Shown here: one piece after another, positions 28,560 to 39,110 of the stretch
How positions within the stretch are numbered: the stretch's first letter is position 1
Layout: each line of letters begins with the position of its first letter
Virus record (IMG/VR): IMGVR_UViG_3300032236_001100
Location: 20,756-84,755 of that record
Reading direction: 5' to 3' (one strand)
Source: a virus
DNA length: 64,000 nucleotides
Translations under genes and position numbers: made by a program
The notes under the pieces: model-generated
Told to the model about the DNA's origin: nothing
What the model saw: only the letters and a program-made list of their open reading frames with translations
The model's database searches: none

Positions 28560-31500
28560 TCATTGATTTGTGGCGTTCATGCTGCGTTGCTGCATGATCG
28601 AGTTTCTTGCCATTCGGGCAGCTTCTTCCTGCTCTTTCTTGAGTTTTTGGGCTTGTATTGCACGCGCATTTCCGGCGCGAACAATGTTCTTCATGGTCGA
28701 TGTTGATCTTGATATCGCGCCCATCCACTGGTCAGCAGCATTGCCATCCGCGCCTTTGGCGGCGGCACCCATGAAGTTCTGCTGGATCGACCTTTGAAGC
28801 ATGCGTCTCGCAAGCTCTGTAGCTTGATCCTCCGTGTAGCCAGCCTGCATCACGCGACCCGCTACCCCATTGCCCATCTGCCCCATGATCTCATCGGCAC
28901 CCATCCCTTGGGCTCTCATTCCTGCAACGTAGGCATTTAATTCTGGCCCAAAGTGCTGCATCAGCTGGCCGGTATGATGCTCGAACTGAGCATTTGCCTG
29001 GTTGTACGCCTTCTGCTGCTTTGCGGTCAATTTCTTTTGAACGCCTTCAGCTTTACGCTCTTGAGCGACCGCTTCTCTAACCAGCGGCTGCTTGTTGTAC
29101 GCTTCGTTCAATGCGCCCTGAACGTCGCCGCCACGGCCAGAGACAGAATCATTGGCATTCTTGATGCTCTCTTTAGCCACCCTGGAAGCAAGCTCGGCTA
29201 TTTCTTTTTCGTCCGTTTTCCCAAGACCTTCCTTGAGGTGCTTGGTGATGATCGGAACTAAATACTCCTCAAGCTGCTTTTCATTGGCACCTTCGCTCAT
29301 GGCCTTGAGCGTATTGACATCCAGACCGCGACGACCCATTGAGCTTTCGATTTGCTTGGCTTCAGCTTTTAGCTTGTTTTCTTTTTTGGTTTTGTCGCTT
29401 TCGGCTTCTTCTTTTGCCTTATCTGCCTTTTTATCAATTCGCTGCTTGGCATTCCCAGAGACTTGGTCCGTCTCAATTTGAAGCACCGCTTCGGGCACAA
29501 CCCTGTCAATCACGTCTTGCTTGATATCGTCGCTAATAGACTTGACGGAATTGACGATTGCCGCGATCTTTTCTTTGGCGGCTTCTTCGATCTTTTTGCG
29601 AGCCGTGTCCATACCGGCTTCGTCCAGGTCTCCCTTCCCTACGGCCATCTCTAGTTCTTCGGCCTTCTCATCCATTGCCTTTCTGACTTCTCTGTTCACG
29701 TTGCTCACGGCGCGGTCGATGCGGCGTTCTCTTTCTTTCATGGGTGCATTGGCCACCCTTTCGGCTTCAGCCTTGGCATCAGACTTCCGCTCGGCGACAA
29801 CCTTCTTGAAATCGTCTAGGGCTTCCAGTGGTTCCTTGGCACCGTCAGCCACTTTCCTGGCTTCCTCCTGATCGGCCTTGTCGAACTTTCCAATAGCCTC
29901 TTTGACCTTTTCCTCTTCCTCGAACGCAAAATCATCGCCCGAATAGCGGTTCTTTTTGGCGTTCTCCGAGGTGATCTCGCCTGCAAATCCGCTCAACTTG
30001 GCAACGTCAACCCCAGTAGCCTCCAGTGGTTTACGATTTCGTTCCAGGGCTTTCGTGAATGTCTTCTCTGACCCCGGAACGGCAGCCAGGTAGTCAGACA
30101 TGATTTTTGTGCCACGCTTTGACTGTTCTTCATTTATGCGATTAACTTCGCCTTGGGCTCTTTCTAGCGCAATAGCAATCCCAGCGGCTTCTTCAAGCGT
30201 TGCGCTCTCAAGTGACTTTTCGTGTCGCTTCACGTCTTTCATTGCCTGCGACCGCTGGCTTTTCTCCTTATCTGTAAGAAGCGATTCGTCCTGTGTTAAA
30301 ACGCGCTTGATATTTTCTGCGCCAGTAATTTGAACGTCTTCGCCATTTGGACCCTTGACAGTCTGGGCTCCTCCATTAGATGCCAGCAGCTTCTTGGCTG
30401 ACTCCTCTGCCTGCATCTCGTCTACAGTTTTTTCTTCGAGTGCTGCTTTCAGTAGCTTTTGTCGGTCTTCGAGGTCATTAAGCTGAACCTCAAGCTCATT
30501 TAGCTGACGCTTGTCTACATGAAAAACATAATTCATGGCGTTGAGAACCTTGATCTTGGTTTCAACGCTTTCAATCTGTCCTTCGAGCGTAGTGAGATCG
30601 ACTTTCTTGAAGAATTTGGAGATCTGCGGTCCCCACATGGTCAAGGCCATGAACGCCGATGAAACCAAGCCGATGCCAGCGGCCCACTTCATGGCCTCTT
30701 CGTGATTGGCACCCCCAGCTTTGGCAAACTCTTCCGTCATACCCGGAAGGTTGTTCATGATCGCCAGGATGCCGTAGTTCAAGTCCTGTGCGGCCTGCGA
30801 AGAATAATAAATCGCTCGCGATAAGTGCTGAGAACGGGTCGAGGCTTCCTCCATGCCCTGCCCTGTCTTTATCAGACTATCGGCAAGTTCCTTGACGCCA
30901 GCACCAGACCTGCTAGATAGTTCAATTAAGCCCTGCTCTGTTTTTCCTAGATTGATATTAGCAGCAGACTGGCTTTTGGTCGCCGCCTCAAGGTTCGCTA
31001 GGTTTGCCGCAGAAGGCAGCTTGTTATATCTGTCTTGTGCTTCGATCAGTTCGCTTTGGGTTTTAGCTGCCTGCTTTTGAGCGTTCAAATAATCACGAAC
31101 CGTATCGGCAACCTCTTTGAACGTCACGCCAGAGGCAGAAAGTGCGGTTGCTAGATTCTTTTCAAGTGCGATGACTTTCTTATCGCTATCGGCAACATCA
31201 TCAACAAACTTGTCCCGCATGTCCGCGAGTGATTTTAGCTTATTGACATCTGCTGCGGCACCTTTGGCTGACTCTTGTGTAATTGCCCGAAGTGTATCGA
31301 CGAGCTTCTTTTCTTTTTCGACACGATCTTCTTTTGCTGCTGTAAGTTCCGACTCTGCTCTCGCGACATTTCCGGCTGAAGCGGCTACTGCGGATTCGTT
31401 TTGTTGTCGTAGCCTGGACTGTTCTTCCAAAGATTCCTTGGCAAGCTCCAAGCCTTTCTTTTCAGCCTCTTCTTTTGTTTTTAGCCTTGCCTTTTCAGCA

Positions 31501-33320
31501 GCTTCCTCTTCACGAATTGCTTCTGAGCCAATCTGGGAAGCGGTCTTGACTTTGGTGGCCGTGTCGAGAGCAGACTTTGCCTGTGCGTCATCTGTAGCAA
31601 TCGCGTTCTTTTCGAGTTTCTCTCGCTCTTCGGCTATCGAGTTATACTTTTCGACAGCTGTACCCAGTGCGCCAACAGCCAATGCGCGGTCATGAGCAGT
31701 TGCTGCCGTGTTGTGCTTGTCGTCTTCCTCAATAGCTTTTGCGGCGTCCAGGTACGCTCTTTTGACATCCTGTTCTGCTGCTGCCAGGTCGTGCGAATTT
31801 TTAATAACGTCGCGCACATTGACCGCAGCATTTGCCATCGCGTCATTATTGTTTGTGGTGGCCTTCGTGTCGGCAATTACGGCAGCTGCATGCCTTGCTT
31901 TCGCCTCGGTCAATATTGGCTCAAGCTGGATCTTCTTTTCGATGTCTTGGAGCGACACCATGCTCAGGCTGTTATATGCTTTTTCTACTGCCGCAAGATG
32001 CAATGTCGATTCGGTTAGCTCCTTACGTGCAGAATCTAATTCTTTGGATGTGGCAGAAACGTCGCCACGGCTTGCCGAAGAAGCCATATTGGCATCATGA
32101 GCATCAGACTTGTTTTTAGCTAAGTCGGAGTCAATAGATTTTTTTGCCTCGTCCGCAAGGATGCGACTTGCTTCAGCCGACTTCTTCAATTCTTCCTTGC
32201 GGTCCAGATCGCGCTGGATTATCGCATTGCGAAACGCTTCAATCCTGCGCTCGTTTGATTCTTTTTCTTTCTTCTCTTCTTCATTTCGGATCTTTTCTTG
32301 CTCTTCGGCGGCACGCTTGGATTCAGCCGTAAGGATGCGGTTTGCTTCTGCTTCATTCTTGGCATCTTCCTTGCGGTCTAGATCGCGTTGGATTATCGCG
32401 TTCCTGAACGCTTCACGCTTACGCTTGAGCGATTCCTTTTCCTGCTTCTCTTGATCCTTGCGTATCTTTTCTTGTTCTTCGGCTGCACGCTTCTCCTCAT
32501 CCGCGAGGATGCGGTTTGCTTCTGCTGCCCTCTTTAGTTCTTCTTTGCGATCCAGGTCGCGTTGGATTATTGCATTCCTGAACGCTTCCGCTCTGCGTTT
32601 AAGCGAGTCCTTCTCCTTCCTCTCCTCTTCCCTGCGTGCCTTTTCCTCTTCCTTGTGTATCTTTTCCTGTTCGTCTGCTGCACGCTTCGCTTCAGCCGCA
32701 AGGATGCGATTTGCTTCGGCCTCATTCTTTGCGTCTTCTTTGCGTTGAAGGTCTCTCTGTATTATCGCGTTGCGAAATGCTTCTGCCCTGCGTTTAAGCG
32801 ATTCCTTTTCCTGCTTCTCTTGGTCCTTACGAATCTTTTCTTGATCGGCGGCTGCACGTTTCTCCTCAGCCGCAAGGACTCGATTCGCTTCAGCCGCATT
32901 CTTGGCGTCTTCTTTCCGTTGAAGATCACGTTGGATTATTGCATTCTTGAATGCTTCTGCTCTGCGTTTAAGAGAGTCTCTCTCTTTCTTCTCCTCATCC
33001 TTGCGTATCTTTTCCTGCTCATCAGCGGCACGCTTCGCCTCCTCCGCAAGGATGCGATTTGCTTCGGCTCGCTCCTTCTCTGATTTGGCAATAGCCTTAT
33101 TGCTCGTTTCAACAATCTTGGCGTATTTGGATACGTCGCCTGATAATTCTTGGACCTTTTCGATCCAATCGTCAATATTTAACGCATTGTTCCTGAATTG
33201 ATCTGTAGCTTTGTTTAGCTCCAGTACAAAGTTCTCGATCTTTTCTTTTGCAGCATCGACAATGCTTCCACCCTGAGCCTGGATGTCAAGAACGATCTGC
33301 TGATTAAACTGGTTGCTCAT
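28560..33320 (-). CDS. Tape measure protein
   Basis: 1586 aa, A/K/E-rich helical, central hydrophobic segment (AAQDLNYGILAIMNNLP...). Confidence 0.8.
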   Translation of the reverse strand: MSNQFNQQIVLDIQAQGGSIVDAAKEKIENFVLELNKATDQFRNNALNIDDWIEKVQELSGDVSKYAKIVETSNKAIAKSEKERAEANRILAEEAKRAADEQEKIRKDEEKKERDSLKRRAEAFKNAIIQRDLQRKEDAKNAAEANRVLAAEEKRAAADQEKIRKDQEKQEKESLKRRAEAFRNAIIQRDLQRKEDAKNEAEANRILAAEAKRAADEQEKIHKEEEKARREEERKEKDSLKRRAEAFRNAIIQRDLDRKEELKRAAEANRILADEEKRAAEEQEKIRKDQEKQEKESLKRKREAFRNAIIQRDLDRKEDAKNEAEANRILTAESKRAAEEQEKIRNEEEKKEKESNERRIEAFRNAIIQRDLDRKEELKKSAEASRILADEAKKSIDSDLAKNKSDAHDANMASSASRGDVSATSKELDSARKELTESTLHLAAVEKAYNSLSMVSLQDIEKKIQLEPILTEAKARHAAAVIADTKATTNNNDAMANAAVNVRDVIKNSHDLAAAEQDVKRAYLDAAKAIEEDDKHNTAATAHDRALAVGALGTAVEKYNSIAEEREKLEKNAIATDDAQAKSALDTATKVKTASQIGSEAIREEEAAEKARLKTKEEAEKKGLELAKESLEEQSRLRQQNESAVAASAGNVARAESELTAAKEDRVEKEKKLVDTLRAITQESAKGAAADVNKLKSLADMRDKFVDDVADSDKKVIALEKNLATALSASGVTFKEVADTVRDYLNAQKQAAKTQSELIEAQDRYNKLPSAANLANLEAATKSQSAANINLGKTEQGLIELSSRSGAGVKELADSLIKTGQGMEEASTRSQHLSRAIYYSSQAAQDLNYGILAIMNNLPGMTEEFAKAGGANHEEAMKWAAGIGLVSSAFMALTMWGPQISKFFKKVDLTTLEGQIESVETKIKVLNAMNYVFHVDKRQLNELEVQLNDLEDRQKLLKAALEEKTVDEMQAEESAKKLLASNGGAQTVKGPNGEDVQITGAENIKRVLTQDESLLTDKEKSQRSQAMKDVKRHEKSLESATLEEAAGIAIALERAQGEVNRINEEQSKRGTKIMSDYLAAVPGSEKTFTKALERNRKPLEATGVDVAKLSGFAGEITSENAKKNRYSGDDFAFEEEEKVKEAIGKFDKADQEEARKVADGAKEPLEALDDFKKVVAERKSDAKAEAERVANAPMKERERRIDRAVSNVNREVRKAMDEKAEELEMAVGKGDLDEAGMDTARKKIEEAAKEKIAAIVNSVKSISDDIKQDVIDRVVPEAVLQIETDQVSGNAKQRIDKKADKAKEEAESDKTKKENKLKAEAKQIESSMGRRGLDVNTLKAMSEGANEKQLEEYLVPIITKHLKEGLGKTDEKEIAELASRVAKESIKNANDSVSGRGGDVQGALNEAYNKQPLVREAVAQERKAEGVQKKLTAKQQKAYNQANAQFEHHTGQLMQHFGPELNAYVAGMRAQGMGADEIMGQMGNGVAGRVMQAGYTEDQATELARRMLQRSIQQNFMGAAAKGADGNAADQWMGAISRSTSTMKNIVRAGNARAIQAQKLKKEQEEAARMARNSIMQQRSMNATNQ
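32140..33070 (-). repeat. 58-aa (174-bp) tandem repeat in TMP, five full copies plus a partial
   Basis: AEANRIL...AFRNAIIQRDL units; equivalent positions 33055, 32881, 32707, 32512, 32338, 32164. Confidence 0.9.
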
Positions 33321-33907
33321 ATTCCCAACATCCCCTCAAAGAACCCTGCTGGCTCGCCACCACCCCTGACGCCCACAACTGCGTCAACACCGAACATTCT
33401 TACGACTTCTTCTTCGACAGCCTTTTCGATCTCTTCCACCCACTCAGCGTGCATGCCCACCACGTCACGAATCGGTCGCTCGGCACCGCTCTTGAAGCGA
33501 ACACCATTCCGTGAATTACAGACCGTGCGATGCGTGACCAGCCAGGGCTCGGTTGTAGGCCAGGAAAGGATAACCTGAGCGGAATCTGGACCTGTCATCC
33601 CGGCTGTCACCGAAGCATCCGCAATGAGGCGAGAACCCTCTCGGTCTGGAATCAGCGGTGGGCCGTCTCCTTTGCCTGCACGCCTACGTCTCTTGACTGT
33701 TGACTCAACGATTGGCTCAAGCTCTTTCCCGTACTTGTCAATCTTGGTCAGTCTGGCTTTTCTGTTTTCCTCAAACATCACGGTCACGAGACGTTCCAGA
33801 AGTGGCGTCATGTCGGGATCTTTCCATGCCGCCAGGATATGCAAGATCGGAGACAGCGGAGTCGCTGCTTCGTCATAATGCAAGCTGACACTGAACATGG
33901 AAGTCAC
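33317..33907 (-). CDS. Virion morphogenesis / tail completion protein (Mu gpG-like)
   Basis: DMTPLLERL...D..G..LEP..ST.KRR...GPPLI pattern. Confidence 0.55.
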   Translation of the reverse strand: MTSMFSVSLHYDEAATPLSPILHILAAWKDPDMTPLLERLVTVMFEENRKARLTKIDKYGKELEPIVESTVKRRRRAGKGDGPPLIPDREGSRLIADASVTAGMTGPDSAQVILSWPTTEPWLVTHRTVCNSRNGVRFKSGAERPIRDVVGMHAEWVEEIEKAVEEEVVRMFGVDAVVGVRGGGEPAGFFEGMLGI

Positions 33908-33915
33908 CCTGAACT

Positions 33916-33966
33916 AAAAGAAAACGGGGGAGTCCGGGGCCTGGCCAACGCTCCCAAACTCCCCCG
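33916..33966 (-). terminator. Terminator after tail tube
   Basis: CGGGGGAGT...ACTCCCCCG stem with A tract on plus. Confidence 0.65.
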
Positions 33967-33992
33967 CGAATATAGACGGCAGTAGAGATTTA

Positions 33993-34910
33993 TCAGACCA
34001 CGGTAACAGCCAGATCCGTGGCAGAAGTCGGGTCAAGGTAGCTGGTGAACGACAGGGTTTCGTACTGGTCGGTTTCCCAGCCGCGATCCACGCTGTAGCT
34101 GTCCAGGTAGTCAGCCGACTGAAGGTTGAACTGCAAGCTGTTGGAGCCGTTCACATACTTCAGCAAGCAGTTCGCCTGAGCGGTCTGATTGACGAATGCC
34201 TGGCGATAGGTGGTATTTTCCTTGGAAAGCACCACGCTCCAGTTCACATTGCGTCCCACGAGGTTGGCACGATTGATCCACTGGCTTTCCAAGAAAGGCA
34301 TGTGGAGCGTGTTGTCAACCGTGATCGAGATGCTCTTGTAACCACTGATCACCGTACCACCGATGGTGATCTGGCCACTGGAGTGATAGTGCGTGTACGG
34401 AATCGTGGCTGGAAAGTCGGTCCCAGGATTGGGAGCCGCCAGCGAGCCAGGAGGCGTATCTTCCTTCTGGGCGATCAGACTGAAGTTACCCATGAGCATG
34501 TCGGACGAGTCATCCGACGTGAACGTGGCCTGATCGACCCGGACCCCGTTGAACCGACGAATTTCAAACCCGTCGAACATGTCCACGGTGTACGAAGGCA
34601 GCTGGTAGCGACCGTTGACCAGCTGAGGAGTACAGGCGAAATTCACCAACGAACCGGCCAGACTGGGCCAGATCGGGATCTTGAGCGAACCGGCCACGCT
34701 CTTGCGGACGATAAACTTCCGCAACTTGCGCTGGAGCGAATTGCATCCTGCGGTGCTGATAGTGAATGGGTTAGGCGTGGTGGTCATATCCATCGCGCCA
34801 GCTTCCATGAAGATGGTATAGAAGCCAGACACGCCAGTAGGGTAAGTACCCCAGTAGTTCTGGTTTTCAAGATACCACTTCGCATATACGCAACTGCCTG
34901 CTACGGCCAT
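33993..34910 (-). CDS. Major tail (tube) protein
   Basis: 305 aa beta-rich; LPSYTVD...RRFNGVRVDQATF; own terminator. Confidence 0.75.
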   Translation of the reverse strand: MAVAGSCVYAKWYLENQNYWGTYPTGVSGFYTIFMEAGAMDMTTTPNPFTISTAGCNSLQRKLRKFIVRKSVAGSLKIPIWPSLAGSLVNFACTPQLVNGRYQLPSYTVDMFDGFEIRRFNGVRVDQATFTSDDSSDMLMGNFSLIAQKEDTPPGSLAAPNPGTDFPATIPYTHYHSSGQITIGGTVISGYKSISITVDNTLHMPFLESQWINRANLVGRNVNWSVVLSKENTTYRQAFVNQTAQANCLLKYVNGSNSLQFNLQSADYLDSYSVDRGWETDQYETLSFTSYLDPTSATDLAVTVV

Positions 34911-34930
34911 CGGGCGTCTCCTTTAAAAGT

Positions 34931-34946
34931 GTCTCCGCGCGGAGAC
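34931..34946. repeat. 16-bp palindrome, copy 3 (extends to 18 bp)
   Basis: Exact; between the 34953 stop and the tail-tube RBS. Confidence 0.95.
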
Positions 34947-34952
34947 ATTGAA

Positions 34953-35459
34953 TTAAGCTGCGTTGACCTGGATCTTCATGCTGTAAGTCGCTACTGACCG
35001 GATCGCATAAAGACCCTGCCCGACAGCGACGATATCGTTGGTCCCACCTTTGAACTCGGAACTCTGCACGATGTTGTTCTGGGGGTCCATGCGATCGCGC
35101 ACACTATCAGAACCATAACGTGCTGCGGGCTTCAGGGCATGCCGTACCGCATGAAATAGGCGTAACATGTCAGTTTCGTCGAGTCCTGCCGTGAATAACT
35201 CCAGGTTAATTGTCCATATACCGCGATGCATGTGTTCGGTCCATTGACCCATCGGATAGGGTCCGCACCGCACGCGAATGACCGGCATCAGGGCAGGATC
35301 GGGGATCTGCTGGACGACCGGCGTATACTCGGCACCATCAGCCAACGTCCAGACCTTGACGTTCGCAGCCTGAAGGTTGGGATCTGACCGCAGGATTGCA
35401 ACCAGGCCCAGGAACGGCACCTCTTCAGGTGCCTTTTCGAGCATGTTCAGGGTTGCCAA
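34953..35459 (-). CDS. Tail terminator-like protein
   Basis: Upstream of tail tube; ILRSDPNL...MPVIRV pattern. Confidence 0.5.
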   Translation of the reverse strand: MATLNMLEKAPEEVPFLGLVAILRSDPNLQAANVKVWTLADGAEYTPVVQQIPDPALMPVIRVRCGPYPMGQWTEHMHRGIWTINLELFTAGLDETDMLRLFHAVRHALKPAARYGSDSVRDRMDPQNNIVQSSEFKGGTNDIVAVGQGLYAIRSVATYSMKIQVNAA

Positions 35460-36067
35460 GGTTCACGCTCCGATAATCCAGCGTTGGCGTAGTAGGTGTA
35501 AGCGAACTGGCCGGTCAGCCACCGCTGCCTGGTCGGGTTCTTGCGGCTCCCCATGTCGTTCCGTTCCAGCCGGATCGTCCAGGGATAAACAAAGCCGCCA
35601 TAGCGTCGGTTGGTAGGATTGGTCAGGACGTTGATCGCTGACCCTTCGAGCTTGTCCAGTTCCTCGACCGAATTCTCGGGATCGCCCATGATCACTTCGA
35701 GGACCAGCGAGTACCGAACCGTCCTGGTAGCCACCTGCTGCGATCCGTCCTGCTGGTGAGCCGCCGGTAAAGGCACGATCATGGCCACGGAATATCCATC
35801 CATTGTGGACCGCGACAGTTCAGGCTTGGAGACCAGCAGCACCTCGTCGAACTTGCCAGTATTCTGGAGCAACTGAATAATGCCGAACCCCAGATTCGTC
35901 CCGTAGAAGGCATCGCGATCCGAATGTGCCCACTTCAGGTATCCAGGCTGACTACCTGTGAACCAGTAAGACTTCAAACCCCAGGCCATGTGTTGGCGCA
36001 CCGGGTCAGGGGCCGGCTGGCGACCATAAGTCCAATACCGATACGCCGAACTCACGCCGAGTGCCAT
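35447..36067 (-). CDS. Neck/tail-completion-like protein, paralog of 39107..39637
   Basis: DRDAFYGTNLGFGIIQLL...YGGFVYPW. Confidence 0.5.
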   Translation of the reverse strand: MALGVSSAYRYWTYGRQPAPDPVRQHMAWGLKSYWFTGSQPGYLKWAHSDRDAFYGTNLGFGIIQLLQNTGKFDEVLLVSKPELSRSTMDGYSVAMIVPLPAAHQQDGSQQVATRTVRYSLVLEVIMGDPENSVEELDKLEGSAINVLTNPTNRRYGGFVYPWTIRLERNDMGSRKNPTRQRWLTGQFAYTYYANAGLSEREPWQP

Positions 36068-36078
36068 GCGACCTCCAA

Positions 36079-36621
36079 TCAGGGCTGGTCAATCAGACCC
36101 ACGATGGTGAACGAGTCGCCGGAAGTCGGCGTGGCTGGCCAGGGGCGAGCAAACGTGAAGGTGCGCGTCACACCCACGTAAGACGTGATACGTCGAGCCA
36201 CTCCAGCCAGGGTGCCACTGGTGAACACAAGGCACATGCCGGTGTAAAACTGATCGACTGCCTGAAGTCCAGTATTGGCACCGAAGCTGAACGTCGTGAT
36301 CGAGGTGGGAGCCACGCTGCCGGTGATCGGGCTGATCGGATCGGACGTGTAATACCAGCCACCCTCAACAGTCACGCCCGACGTGGTGGAACTGGCGTAC
36401 CAGTGCAGGATGTTGGCATTGGTTTCAGCCTGGGAAAGCGGGAACACGTAGAAGCCGCCACCGACCTCGGTGGGATGCACCGCGCTGGTCGCCACAGGCG
36501 TGGCCGCATCCTTCGACAGGTATCCCGTGATGTTGGCCGCATCACCAGTCTTGGCCGTTCCCGTCGAATCGGTCGCATAAACCGAAACCACCTGACCGGC
36601 CACGTTCTTGTAAAAAGGCAT
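36079..36621 (-). CDS. Virion structural protein, paralog of the C-terminus of 39634..41844
   Basis: FYTGMCLVFTSGTLAGVARRITSY...GDSFTIVG. Confidence 0.55.
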   Translation of the reverse strand: MPFYKNVAGQVVSVYATDSTGTAKTGDAANITGYLSKDAATPVATSAVHPTEVGGGFYVFPLSQAETNANILHWYASSTTSGVTVEGGWYYTSDPISPITGSVAPTSITTFSFGANTGLQAVDQFYTGMCLVFTSGTLAGVARRITSYVGVTRTFTFARPWPATPTSGDSFTIVGLIDQP

Positions 36622-36641
36622 CTCTGACTACTCCGATCAGG

Positions 36642-39110
36642 TTAACCGAAAAATCGATTCTTGTTACGTGAAACGTTACGACGGCCCCCTTGCCTGCCTT
36701 GTGGTGCTGGCCGGTTGTCTGCGGCACCGTAGTGAGCCGTGCGAGCCGTTCCGATAGCAGGCACCGAGGCCAGCGTAGGTGTGTAGGCAGCAGCGAATGC
36801 CTGATAGCACTTGCTGGCATCGCTCCAGACGCCCCAGGAGCCTGCCTGACGAGCCCTGAGAGCCGAGTCGAGCGAACTTAGGCTTGAGCCCAGGCTGTTG
36901 TCCTGAGCCCAGCCAGCGAGCTTGTACGTGCCGCGACTGAATGCCGGTGTACTTGCCAGGGCAATGCCATTGGTATCACGGCCCTTGGCCTGCCATGCTG
37001 CAAAGCTCTTGGTCGAAACGTCAGGCCAGTAAAATGCCGAGTTCTGGGTGCTGATCTGGTAGGCGTTGTAGTTGACCTGAGCCTGGGTTGTCACATCGAA
37101 CGAGCCGGAACTGAGTCGTGCCGAACGAAGCGGCGTGCCCTGGTAGTCCACACCCGTCCCTGGTCGGTTTACCACCAAATTGTGATCAATCAGGGCTTTC
37201 TGGTTCGGCAGCTTGTTGCCCAAACTGTAAGAGCCAGCATCAACTGCCGTGTTGTGCCGGATTGCGATCCAGTTGTGGGCATAAGCACTGGTGCTGTCCC
37301 AATGAACCCAGTTAACGCCATCGTAGTTTGTGATCGCTACGCGCTTTTCGTTTACACCGGAATTGCCTACGAAGATATTGTACGAAATCCTGGCTTCCGG
37401 CTTGTCGCTATCAGCCGCATCAAGCACCGAACTGTAAACACCTGCATCTTGAAACACGCACTTCTTGAGTGAGACCGTGCTGCCACCACTGAAGTGCGAG
37501 GCATTTCCTGCGAATATCGAGTACCAGCAACCACCCCCGCCTCGCTGCTGGATACCACTCAAGCAACCATCGAACACCCAGCACCCATCCACGATCAAGT
37601 CATGAGACATCGTGGAAATGTAGCCATTGTGATTGTAGAAGTCGTTATTGCTGGGATCGGTCAAGTCTTTCCAGCCATTGTGGCTAAACAGCGTGTCTTT
37701 GAACGTCCAGTTGCCACAGTGCGCGATGAAAATGCCCGACACATGCTTCGAGCCAGGAGCAGCACTGGCCAGGGCCGTATGAATGATCGACTTGTGTATC
37801 ATGCAGCCAATTGAGGCGATAAACTGGGCCGAACCATAGCCAGCCACAAGACAAATGTTCTGGAACAAGCAATCGCTGATGATCACATAGTCTTGAGTCT
37901 TATTTGTGACCCATGTATCACCGTTGGCGATCAGGCTCGTGTCGCGCACGAACGCCAGTCCGCGAAAATACTGGTAAGGCCACGTTCCATAGGTGGCTCG
38001 GCCACCGTTGGTCGTGTCTCCCTGGCCAAACCAGAACCAACCGTTGGTGTTCATGCCAGGATCAGACGAGTCCTGAAGCACGGGACGAGTACCAGGGTCA
38101 GCACCGTAGGCTGGGTTCCAGTAGCTCTCGAACAGAGTCGGCGTGGTCAAGCCCGTGCCCCAGTGCGCCGTGACCCATTGGTCGGCAGGCCATGTATCGC
38201 CCCTCAGCCAGCAGAACCGTACATTCTTCTGACTGGAACTGACCTGCGAATCAGCGTAGTTCTTGGTTTTATAAGGCTTGGCCAGTGTGCCAGCATCACT
38301 GCTGTCTGTACCATGACTGTATGAGATATACACCGTCTTGGAGAACGTGAACGATTCGACGGCCAGGAACCCGCTCGCGTTGACGACCGACTGGTTATCT
38401 GCCGTGGTTGAGACTGCTGCCGTGCCGTTGCCCAGGCCATCGACGATCAGGTTGGCCGGTGCCGAAATCGTGACCGCAGACCCGCATGGCAGGGGCGAAC
38501 TTGTCCGTACATTCACCTTGAGGCAGACCGACTGCGGTGCCCAGGTCGACCCGCTGCCATTGAAGCTGGTCAGAGTGTAGCTTGTCGCGCCCGTGCTGGA
38601 GTAAGTACCAACGAGGTGAAAGTTCGTGTATACCGGGCTTTGCGTGGCCGCATAGATTCGCAGAGTTTGACCGGCCTGCAAGGCTTTGCGCCAACCAAAC
38701 GTCACGGAACCCGATGCTGGGACCACCACTCCCGACTCATTGGAGTACGAGTAGATTGGTGGCGAGGTATAGATCTCATTGCCACTGGCATCGGCAATCG
38801 TCACCAGAAATACATAGCTGCCAGCCGAGATGCTGCCGCCCGTGGTGGGAGGCAACACCCAGGCAAGCGGCATGTTGTAGTCTTCGCATCGAACTCCCAT
38901 GATCTCGGCGGCAACGCCATTGACCTGAATCGTCAATCCTGCGTCGATTCCAGGGATCTCGTCGAAGAAACCACAGTCGGTGGATCGCACCAATGCCGAC
39001 TGGCCGACCGCAACTCCAGCCTCGAACTGAAGGCGAACATTTTGCCCGTCGCCAAGGACGGTGGCCGATGTCAGCTGGAATTGCCGTGGCATATGTGTTT
39101 CCCTTGTCAA
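36642..39110 (-). CDS. Right-handed beta-helix (pectate-lyase-like) virion appendage protein
   Basis: VYIS...G.DS..GT...PYKT, LRGDTW, HNGYIS and Asn-ladder strands. Confidence 0.6.
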   Translation of the reverse strand: MTRETHMPRQFQLTSATVLGDGQNVRLQFEAGVAVGQSALVRSTDCGFFDEIPGIDAGLTIQVNGVAAEIMGVRCEDYNMPLAWVLPPTTGGSISAGSYVFLVTIADASGNEIYTSPPIYSYSNESGVVVPASGSVTFGWRKALQAGQTLRIYAATQSPVYTNFHLVGTYSSTGATSYTLTSFNGSGSTWAPQSVCLKVNVRTSSPLPCGSAVTISAPANLIVDGLGNGTAAVSTTADNQSVVNASGFLAVESFTFSKTVYISYSHGTDSSDAGTLAKPYKTKNYADSQVSSSQKNVRFCWLRGDTWPADQWVTAHWGTGLTTPTLFESYWNPAYGADPGTRPVLQDSSDPGMNTNGWFWFGQGDTTNGGRATYGTWPYQYFRGLAFVRDTSLIANGDTWVTNKTQDYVIISDCLFQNICLVAGYGSAQFIASIGCMIHKSIIHTALASAAPGSKHVSGIFIAHCGNWTFKDTLFSHNGWKDLTDPSNNDFYNHNGYISTMSHDLIVDGCWVFDGCLSGIQQRGGGGCWYSIFAGNASHFSGGSTVSLKKCVFQDAGVYSSVLDAADSDKPEARISYNIFVGNSGVNEKRVAITNYDGVNWVHWDSTSAYAHNWIAIRHNTAVDAGSYSLGNKLPNQKALIDHNLVVNRPGTGVDYQGTPLRSARLSSGSFDVTTQAQVNYNAYQISTQNSAFYWPDVSTKSFAAWQAKGRDTNGIALASTPAFSRGTYKLAGWAQDNSLGSSLSSLDSALRARQAGSWGVWSDASKCYQAFAAAYTPTLASVPAIGTARTAHYGAADNRPAPQGRQGGRRNVSRNKNRFFG

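Noticed and set aside
36663-36674. Canonical parS-like GTTACGTGAAAC
   Set aside because: Only one good half-site, single copy, explained by coding for NVSRN.
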